From Ginkgo biloba (lineage: Eukaryota > Plantae > Ginkgophyta), in the NCBI GenBank assembly GCA_024626585.2, contig JANKJI020000002.1, positions 196,266,623-196,285,515 on the forward strand: DNA of 18,893 bases. Direction: 5' to 3'. Below the pieces are notes generated by a model, which saw only the letters and a list, made by a program, of their open reading frames with translations, was not told where the DNA came from and searched no databases. The position numbers and the translations under genes are program-made. Below, piece after piece: positions 9,907 through 18,893 of the stretch (the first letter of the stretch is position 1; every line of letters starts with the position of its first letter).

Positions 9907-10595
9907 TTGATATGGAAAAACATTAGGAGTTTTGCACCGGCGAGGGAAGAGAGGAAGACAAAAGGTCATTTGTTGATTGTGAAGCTTGGCTCAATTATGG
10001 AAGAGGATTCAATTGTGGAATTTACATATGAAGATCTGGACAAAGTTTGCGTAGACCTCCAAACAAGAACTTTGATCGGGGAGTTTAACAGCCTTGTGCT
10101 CACACTTTGGATAATGCAATAATGGGCCCAAGTTGCATGGAAAGGAGTGATTCCTAATTGAGTCCATTTCTAGCATAAAGTTAAGGGTTTATTTAATATC
10201 TTTTTCCAGTCCTACTCCAATTTGGAAGCACACTCGTATGGAGGCCCTTGGTATTTTTAGAAACTCTAGTCTGGCACATAGAAGATGGACTGTAATGTTT
10301 GACCCAAAAAAGCCTGGACCCCTTAAAATCCCTATTTGGGTCAAATTTTTGGATCTTCCTAATAAGTACAAAATTCAAGAAATGCTCTTGACAATAGAAT
10401 CCATAATCAACAAGGTATTATTATTTGAAGCAGATACTTTGAATCATATGACAAGGGGGTGGTCAAATTGTGTATTGTGGTAAACATGATGAAGTTGCCG
10501 AAAGATTTCATAAATATCAAAGTCGGTAATAACCTAAGGGAAATTCAAATTGACTATGAGAGAATGCCTTTTTGTTGCTCCCTTTGTCATGAGGT
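9907..10595 (+). mobile_element. L1-type LINE ORF1 (DUF4283 plus zinc knuckle) pseudogene
   Basis: Frameshifted pieces: TLIGEFNSL..WAQVAWKG..KGLFNIFF / RRWTVMFDPKKPGPLKIPIWVKFLDLP / VKLCIVVNM..IQIDYERMPFCCSLCHE (YE.lP.fC..C start of the CX2CX4H knuckle). It is cut by the gap at 10596. Confidence 0.9.
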
Positions 10596-10695
10596 NNNNN
10601 NNNNNNNNNNNNNNNNNNNNNNNNNNNNNNNNNNNNNNNNNNNNNNNNNNNNNNNNNNNNNNNNNNNNNNNNNNNNNNNNNNNNNNNNNNNNNNN

Positions 10696-12144
10696 TTAAG
10701 CCAGTTAAAGGCCTTCTAACATCATTAGGCTTCAATAATGCCTCCAGAGCACTTCCCTTTAAGGTTTTCTAAGCCCGTTTGACCAACCTTGACTTCCATT
10801 TAACCAGGCTTAGAACTAGGGTTTCCTCGACTGTGACAAAATGGGTGAAGATAATCAAAGACCTCAAGGGGAAAATAAATGCATGGGGGAAACAAAGGTG
10901 GCCTTCTTAAGGAAGGAGAAGGAAACCATCATTGAAAAATTGAAGGAATCCTGGCTAAAGGGGAATAGGGGAAGTTCAACTAATAATCTTAAAAGCATAG
11001 ATCAATAAGCTCTCTTAGAGGTTGCAGGACATGGAGTACAAGGATAAATAGAAATATAAACATCCAAGCAAAATTAGATGGTTATAGGAAGGGGACAGGA
11101 ACACAAAGTTGTTTAAAGGGGGTCCGTTGCTTATAGTCCAAGATCTTATAAAGAAGGGAATTGCCGAATACTTTCAAAACACTTGGCAAATAATAGTGCT
11201 TTCAAAGCCTAGAGAAAATGTTGCATCCATCTTGCTAGCCAAAGTAAACACCTCCTTTGAGGAAAATGTCAATTTCTTTGAATATCTCATTGGCAGCAAG
11301 AATAACAACAAAAGAAATTGAGGAAGTGTTGAAATCTCTGGAGTGTAGGAAATCCTAGAGTCCAGATGGGTTCCCAGTAGAATTTTATAGAGCATTAGCA
11401 ACAAAGATGATATTGATTTGAGTTCAAATTTGTTCATAGGCTTAGGACACAAGGTTTTTCAACCCTACTATAAATGCAACCACAATTCCATTGATCTTGA
11501 TGACAACTAAGTCTACCTTACTTAAGCAATGGAGACCCATTAACTTATGAAATACATCTTACAAGATCATTGCAAAAGTAATTGCTAAAATATTAAAACC
11601 TTTAATAAAAGAGCTCATCTCTTCAGAATAATGTGGCTTCATCGCAACCCTGTCCATGTTCGACAACATTATAATAACCCAAGAGACATTCAGTGGTACT
11701 CAACAAATTTGAAGGTATGTTGGCAAAATTGGACCTATTTAGCGCGTATGATCGTCTGGACATATCCTTCACCATCAAACTCATTAATAAGCTGGCTTCA
11801 CAAAACCATTCTCTAATTGGATTAAAACCTGCGTATGGAATTTGAACACATCTGTCATGGTCAAAGGAGGTCTAACAACCTTCTTCCAGACATCAAGAGG
11901 TATACAATAGTGCTATCCTCTCTCTCCGTATCTTTTTGCTTTGGTTTCTGAAGGACTTAGTCAAGCCATTAAAGCAACGCAGAAGGCAAATCAATATGCA
12001 AGAATCAAAGTCTCTTCAGGAGTCAATCCCATTACTCATGCCCTCTTTGCAGACGACACAATTTTGTTCGGCCAATCCTCAGTCCAAAATGCCAAGTCTT
12101 TAAAGACAATCTGGAATGATTTCACTCAAGCCATAGGCAACCAG
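10696..12144 (+). mobile_element. L1-type LINE ORF2 pseudogene: end of endonuclease, linker and RT core (copy A)
   Basis: KPV..LPFKVF (post-SDH), IRWL*EGDRNTKLF, KS*SPDGFPVEFY, WRPINL*NTSYKIIAKVIAKILKP, *CGFI..DNIIITQE, AKLDLFSAYDRL, RGIQ*CYPLSPYLFALVSEGL, ITHALFADDTILF. Its link to the ORF1 at 9907 crosses a gap and is unproven. Confidence 0.95.
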
Positions 12145-12244
12145 NNNNNNNNNNNNNNNNNNNNNNNNNNNNNNNNNNNNNNNNNNNNNNNNNNNNNNNN
12201 NNNNNNNNNNNNNNNNNNNNNNNNNNNNNNNNNNNNNNNNNNNN

Positions 12245-14762
12245 GTGTCACCGTTGTGACGAAAGCCTTGCATACATCAAGAGTGCAGAAAAGGGTCTTT
12301 TTCTTCTCAAAGTTGATGTTAGAAAGGCCTATGATTCCCCGGAATGGGACTACCTATTCTTAATGCTCAGGTTGAAAGGAATATCATGGACCTATTTGAG
12401 ATGGTTCACTGCTATACTGAAATCAACTAACATGGCAATCACAATCAATGGATGACCTTCAAAAAATTTTGCAGTGTCAATAGGAATCAGGTAGGGATGC
12501 CCTTTTCTATTTATACTAGTAGTAGATGGTTTCTCTTTTATGCTCTAGTGGTTTAAACAAAATGGGCTCTAGGAATGATTTAAAGCGGATGGTAAAAGAA
12601 TTGCAATTTACACATCAACATTTTGCAAATGACTTGATTCTGCTTAGCATCTTTCTTTGGCAGAGGTGCTCACTTGGGATCAAACTCTAAAGATTTATGG
12701 TATGATATCTAGTCAGGAAATTAAGAGATTAAAATTTGGCATGCTTATTACAAGGATTGACTAGTCATTTAAAAGAAACATAAGTGAATTTTTTTGATAT
12801 TCCCTTACTGTCATAAAACAAGTAAATCAAGTACTTGGTAATTCCTTTAGGGTGAAACAAGTTAATGGTAGTTAAATTCAAAATTGGAACAATGGCTTAA
12901 TCGATTTTTGAATTTAGTAGGAAGGAAAATCATTTTCGAATTGACACTTAACGCAGAGGCCTAATTACATAGTTTCACACCTTCATGCTCCCAAGGGGGT
13001 ATTGAAAATTCTAAAAAACATAGCAATTAGGTTTTTATGTTCTCCTAAGGTAGGGGAGAAGTCCAACTACCACCCATTAAATTGGTCCAAAGTCACAACC
13101 TCACTTTGGAAGGGAGGATTGGGAATTAGGAGATCCTTACTCGTTATCGGAAGTAAAAAGATGTTGGGATTTCCTACAGGCAAACATGCGAAAATAGAAG
13201 TAAATTCTCTTATGTAAATATTGCTTTGATCTCACAAGGGAAGAGCTACTAAGAGGGGTAACGCCCAAGTTAACTGGCTTGGGAACATGGAAATTAATTG
13301 CAAAGCATTGGAAATACATTGTTTCACAAACCCTTCTATCCCCTGGACATAATGGATGGCATACTAGGTTTTGGAGGGACAAGTAGAGGGTAGGAAATCA
13401 TATCTTGCTTGCCCAAATAGTTGAATTTGGGGAACTAATGGAGCCATGTCTCGCTCTAGACTATGAAACAATTGCTCAATTCTATGATTTGTCAACTAAC
13501 AAATGGAAATCTATTGCTTCCTTAGTGTCTGATGATAACGAATTTATGGATCATCATCTTCTACTCTTGCCTGCTAGGCTTAATGGTGAATTGGAATCTG
13601 TGGATTTAATGGAAGGCCCAACCCATCTTACTCAACAAGGAGTGAGATTTGTCTCAAAGGCTAATATCTTTAAGACAAAGGTTTTCTATGATTACATACA
13701 TGACAAGTTAAGTAGACCAAGACCATTGGAATATCGTGTTAAATGGGCATGGATCTGGTGCTCCAAAGTTCAAAATAGGTATAATCACATCCGCTGGAGG
13801 ATAGCATATAAGGCATTCCTGTTGAAGAGAGATTTGGGATAGATGGGGAGTCCAAGGGCCAACCATATGCACTATTTGTAAACAGGGTGAAGCAAACTTT
13901 AACCATATCTAGTGATCATGTAGGATAGTAAGAGGATGTTGGAATATTATCCTTGAGATGTTCCAAATAGAAGTAGCATGACAAAAGCTTGAGGATCAAC
14001 TAGAAAACATCTTCACTTCTTTATTAGGTTGTCTTGGTCATTGTCGTTTGATTGGTTTGGGTTTGTAATGGTTTTTTTCAAAGCTTTGATTTATGAGATT
14101 TGGAAGGTTTAGACCAAAGCACTTCATCAAAACTGCATCACGGATGCTAAAAAAATGGTATGCAATATAACAAGGGAAGTTTGGCAATGGGTAAGGAGCA
14201 ATGGGTTACGGTCACATCTAGAATCCGTGTCAAAATAAGGTTCTATAAGAACAAACATTATAATTATGAATCTCATCGGATGGTGAAATCAACTAATTGA
14301 ATAGTGATGACATAGATGCAATCATGTAGGAATTAGGGGTCACCTTTATGGACTTCAACAATTTGAAAGCGACTCCAACCAAATTTAATAATATGCTTCT
14401 ACTCATGACAAATTGTGGATGATAGAGGTTATAAACAAGAGTAGGAACACATAGTAGAAGAGTATGTGCAATTAGTTGTGTTGATTGATGCCATGCCCAT
14501 GATGTCTTTAGTAAATAAGCACCTTAAATTGTAATATGGTAGGGATAATTAACAAGGAATTTTCGTAATTTGTTCCCTTGGCTTTCTGAATGTACTTTTT
14601 GTAAACTGAAAGTTGAACAAGGCTCAATAAAAATTTACTTTGAAGTAGCCATAGCCTAGAATATATTAAGTAGCATAGTTCTGCGCCAAGTTAGCATTTT
14701 TGAAAGTTACATTTTTTTTAATATCAAAATTGATAAAAGATGAAAAAAGGAAATAAAAGAAA
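12245..14762 (+). mobile_element. Second L1-type LINE (copy B): RT core, zf-RVT region, 3' end and A-rich tail
   Basis: LLKVDVRKAYDSPEWDYL (~12303), GIR*GCP, THQHFANDLIL, HPLNWSKVTTSLWKGGLGIR, WAWIWCSKV..WRIAYKAF, ICTICKQGEANFNHI**SC..CW (~13865-13945), YEIWKV. It ends TTTTAATATCAAAATTG followed by an A-rich tract at ~14733-14762. Confidence 0.9.
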
Positions 14763-15244
14763 TTGATGATTATTTCATTTTAGGAGTCAATGATACTCTT
14801 TGTGTATATTCTTGGCTTGGTCTGGGTAGTGGGACAAATCTATTTTAAAGTTTTTTGTAGAGATGCTTATAGACATTGTTAAACCAATTGTTCGTAGGGC
14901 AATGTCTAGGCTCATGATAAGCTATGTGGTGTGGATGGTTTAAAGCGAAGAATCTTAGGCAACTTCCTAGAATATCTTAGTCAAGAAATCAGATTTAAGC
15001 AAGGCTAAATGGAGTGCATAGAACCTATAGTGTTCTTCCAAAGCCACTAAAGAAATGGTTGAATGAAGTTGGTCCATATCTAAGCAAGCAACACCACCTG
15101 ACCCTCGAACCCAATAGATGTTTTAATTTCCTTTTTGGCAGTTGAAATCTAATGATATCCTAAAATGGGGGATAGAGATCTCTGGTGTTGAATCTCCAAG
15201 GCTCTACGAGAACTGCATGCAAACATGGATTTGAAAGACCAGGC

Positions 15245-15260
15245 AGAGAGAGAGAGAGAG
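15245..15260 (+). repeat. (AG)8 microsatellite
   Basis: agagagagagagagag read directly from the sequence. Confidence 0.9.
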
Positions 15261-15374
15261 AAAGGTTGCACATGNNNNNNNNNNNNNNNNNNNNNNNNNN
15301 NNNNNNNNNNNNNNNNNNNNNNNNNNNNNNNNNNNNNNNNNNNNNNNNNNNNNNNNNNNNNNNNNNNNNNNNNN

Positions 15375-16334
15375 CATATTTCACATCTGGTATCCTTATC
15401 TAAATAGGGTGCAACAAGATTAAACATTGTAATTATGGATCTCACTATATAGTTAAATCAACTAATTAAATACTGATGATACAAATGCAATCATGAAGCA
15501 ATTAGGGGATAGCTATAAGACCTTCGAGGAACTGCAAGTGACAATCATTAAGTAATGTGGGGTCACTTCAAGGACTTGGAAGTAGCTCTAACCAAATTAA
15601 ATGATTGGCCTATACTCAACAACAAATTGTGGACGAGGAGGTTATAAGCAAGAGTAGGAGCACATCACAATAGAGTACGTGCAATTAGTAGTGTTGATCG
15701 ATGCCATGGCTCAATTCCACATCATCAAGTGATTTTGACAACAATCAATAGTCCAATGACGAAGAATGAGCTTCTTACAAACTAGACTAGGAAGACAGAG
15801 CTTATGAGATCATATCCATTTCCTCTGAGTCTTTGATGACATGGCTCAAATATGTTGGGGATACAAAGGAAATGGAAGATAAGGAGATTTGGCGATGGCT
15901 CAATGAAGGATACAGGATAGAAGAATCTACTACAAACAAGGTGGTACAAAGTCAACCAATGCCAAACAAAAGCGAGTCAGCTTAAGGGGATGAAAGTGGT
16001 ATAAATCCGAACCAAGAACTTTAGCAAGTAAACAACAATGGGGGTGACTCAGTTGATAAATAATAGGTATATCTATGATGTAATGCTCTGTGATGTAATT
16101 AGCAAATTAGCAACTTAAATTGTATAATGGCGTGGATACTAATAGGAAATGTTTGTAATATGCTCCCTTTGCTTTTCAAATGTACTACCTTTTGTAAATT
16201 GGAAGCCACCAGGGCTCAAAAAAGGACAAATGTAAATAGATGAAGGGGTAGCATAAGATATATTAAGTAACTTAGTCCTGTGCCAATTTGGAATTTGGAA
16301 AGCTATACATTTTAATATCAAATTGAAAAAAAAA
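15375..16334 (+). mobile_element. 3' end of another copy (C) of the same L1 family as copy B, with poly(A)
   Basis: 15381-15708 aligns by eye with 14212-14495, and ~16085-16326 with ~14495-14732. Shared strings include aaatcaactaatt, gtgcaattagt, ttaaattgta, atatattaagta and ttttaatatcaaa. It ends in an A9 run at 16326-16334. Confidence 0.85.
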
Positions 16335-17870
16335 TTATTGTTAAAATTATTCTTAATTCATAACAAGAGAATTCATTAAGAACAAGTTGTTATCTATTAA
16401 TCAATCATTGTTTCTTGAACGTATGCATTATCAATCATAAGAAGACGTACTTTTGTTCCGCATTATTGTGACTACATTTTCATCTCTTCAAGGAGAAAAG
16501 AAAAATGAAAATTCAAAATCCCCTGCAAGTCCTACATCTCACCAAGTGTCTTTTTTTGTACTTAAAAGGAATAAGATTTTAATCACATCACAATTTGTAT
16601 ACTTGGTTTCATTCTAGATCACCCATTCACACACATACATGTAGACCAAGTTGATGGGAAATTCTTATATAAGATTTTCCCCTCTTCTCTAGAATAGGAT
16701 CATAAAATTTGGAAGGGAATCTTAGGAATATGAGTTGTAGACAAACCCAAATAAGAGGTAGTTCTTGAATCTCCTTGAAATGTCAGGTTTCTAAGCAACC
16801 CTAAAAGGATGATAGATAGACGCGGGTTGTCCTCATATCTCTATCAAAAGGGTGTGCTCTAGTGCCAACAACCATCCTTTTCATTCTTATTCTAGTTCTC
16901 TTCTCAATTGTTGCCCCTANNNNNNNNNNNNNNNNNNNNNNNNNNNNNNNNNNNNNNNNNNNNNNNNNNNNNNNNNNNNNNNNNNNNNNNNNNNNNNNNN
17001 NNNNNNCTTGGGACCTTGGGTCACAAAATCATACTACAAGGAAAGCCTATTCTAATGGAGCAAACTAGTCCTTGATTATAATTGCCGATGACATGAAGAA
17101 TTATATCTAGTCTTTTAGATGATTAACCACCTTGACCTTATACATTCAATGGTCCCACGGTCATTCAACCAAGAATGCCACTATTGCAATGCCTTCCTTT
17201 GACATCCATGAGACACTCCCACATGACTACATGTAATGGTATCAAGGATGTCATCCAATATTTTTTTAACGCAAAGAAACCATTGTATAACACCACTTGG
17301 CCTAGGGGTGAAGTTAACCAATTGTATACTGGGATCACACCTTCACTGAAGCCACTTATGCACATGATCCATCATACTTGCACTGGAGACTTATAGTTAT
17401 ACATCATCCCTATGGAAGATTTTTGGCACCATTCTCATAATCAATCCAGTCCATTTCTTATGCCCATCTCATACATGATTGAGGACAACCTAGGTTTTGA
17501 GCATGCAATATTCATATGGGTGTCCCATCCTAATAATACAATTGTCATTCAATCTTATAACCAAATTGTGCCAAGTAGTTGCATAGAAACACAACTATGG
17601 ATGCTTATTTATGTAAATTTGAGGTGATTGTGCATGCACACAACAAAATAACCCCAAAGAAAAGGTAAAGTAAATCTAAAATCCTTGTTGAGTATGATAG
17701 GGGTCTTTTTAACATGAAATGAATGAATTAGTTAGTAATGACCATACATTAGTGCTAATAGAGTTTGAAATTACCTATCAACCTTTACAACTATTCTTGG
17801 TTGAGTTCTTTAACTTCCATCCCTTGTTACAACTTACTGATGCAAGAAAATCCTAAGTTTGCATTTTCAA

Positions 17871-18181
17871 TGTAAGGTGTGAAGAAATCAAGAGCCTTCA
17901 ACACTTAAAAAAATTGCACAAAAAGAAGTCACAAAAGATACTAGAAATCCAAAATCCGCCCATGCATTAATTTGACTGATTACGGTAGTTTATAAAGACC
18001 CTAAACATCTGAAAATAGATCAATTGATTCTTACAATAGACTTCTTAAAATAGACTAACTGAAACTGATTCTAAGACTGACTAATTCTAATCTTCGAGAT
18101 CAAATCTGACTGATGTATGCTTAACTGATAATGAGTCACAATAGATCAAATCTTTGAGATGTATGCTTTTGATTCTCATCA
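17871..18181 (-). mobile_element. Probable Ty1/copia 3' LTR
   Basis: On the minus strand it directly follows the integrase. It has a 26-bp imperfect repeat with 46-bp period (+ strand AGATCAAATCT....GATGTATGCTT at 18097-18122 and 18143-18168), a TATAAA box (~17988-17993) and a T-rich downstream part, and it ends ...CACCTTACA at 17871. Confidence 0.6.
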
Positions 18182-18893
18182 AAAAATACATCCCTGCTGA
18201 TGATTACCTTCTTGGTTTCAACATCAAGAAGTCAATAGGCTTTGGACTCTTCACTGTATCCAATCATGATGCACTTTCTGCTCTTTGCATCCAACTTGAA
18301 TCTTTTCTCCTTTGGTACATGTGAATATGCCACACAACCAAAAATTTTCAGATGTCCAACATGTGGCTTCTTGCCACTCCATGCTTCTTCCAAAACTATG
18401 TCCCTCACAACTTTAGTTGGGCTCCTATTCAGAATGCATATTGTTGTATACACAGCTTTTGCCCACAAATTTGTCTCAAGATTGGCACCTTTCAGCATAC
18501 TACGTGCCATTTCCACAATAGTCCGGTTCTTTCTTTCTGCAACTCTGTTTTGTTGAGGTGTATAAGGAATTAGAAACTATCTCCTTATACCATTTGATTT
18601 GCAAAAATTTAAGAACTCTCCAAACTTGTACTCTCCACCATTATCTGATCTCAATATCTTCAACTTCTATCCACTTTGTTTCTCAACCATGACTAAGAAA
18701 TTCTTAAATGCATTGAAGACTTCAGATTTATTTTTCAACAAATACACCCATGTCTTTCTTGAAAAATCATCTATGAAGGTGACAAAATATCGAGAACCAC
18801 TCATTGATGTAGTTTGCATTGGCCAACAAATATCAGTGTGAACCAATTCTAGTTGCATGCTTTCTCTCCAAGAATTTTTGGGAAACTTATCCC
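18170..18893 (-). mobile_element. Ty1/copia integrase (DDE core and SH3-like C-terminal part) pseudogene, continuing beyond the window
   Basis: A single frame with three stops: LELVHTDICWPM..SRYFVTFIDDFSRKTWVYLLKNKSEVF..SG*KLKILRSDNGGEY..GIRR*FLIPYTPQQNRVAERKNRTIVEMARSML..LWAKAV..LNRSPT..HLKIFGCVAYSHVPKEKRFKLDAKSRKCIMIGYSEESKAY*LLDVETKKVIISRDVFFDE. Confidence 0.97.

Larger units (their letters stand above)
1129..17006. other. Nine assembly gaps
   Basis: N runs of 100 at 1129-1228, 4147-4246, 5368-5467, 6573-6672, 10596-10695, 12145-12244 and 15275-15374; 85 N at 9183-9267; 87 N at 16920-17006. Confidence 0.99.

Noticed and set aside
14880-15230. LMISYVVWMV*SE (resembling the L1 w.iW.eRN motif) and an acceptor-like site at ~15141
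   Set aside because: It is a single weak motif. The acceptor gives an immediate stop in the phase the kinase requires.
1108-17068. Many track ORFs containing runs of X
   Set aside because: They are artefacts of translating across N gaps of unknown true length.
17007-17630. ORFs 17175-17396 and 17412-17627, and a HDYM*WYQ motif suggestive of a plant-mobile-domain remnant
   Set aside because: One short motif only, with no supporting PMD core motifs. It needs an HMM search.
1-18893. CRISPR array, prokaryotic operon or defence system, organellar or viral insertion
   Set aside because: No repeat-spacer array, no dense intact ORFs, and no rRNA, organellar or viral hallmark motifs. Spliceosomal introns and plant retroelements explain the recognisable content.

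Overview
AT-rich, repeat-dense nuclear DNA from a land plant. The TE types and long TE-filled introns suggest a large-genome, probably non-angiosperm lineage (inference). The assembly is fragmented, with nine N gaps, seven of them exactly 100 N. The only host-gene sequence I can support is two intact, canonically spliced exons (2814-2863 and 3022-3198, + strand) encoding kinase subdomains VIII-XI of a Raf-like B3-group MAPKKK (EDR1/CTR1/SIS8-like). The ORF track misses them. The rest is decayed retroelements: several L1-type LINE fragments (two DUF4283-type ORF1s, two distinct ORF2 RT cores, two homologous 3' ends with A-tails), two Ty3/gypsy remnants, three LTR termini ending GG(G/A)CTGTTACA, and a Ty1/copia integrase joined directly to an LTR-like segment. 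I found no convincing new biological system. The most unusual signals are (i) a gypsy element with two tandem gag-like modules leading in frame to RT with no protease, and (ii) a protein-coding signature in the 3' region of an L1 family, downstream of the usual end of ORF2.
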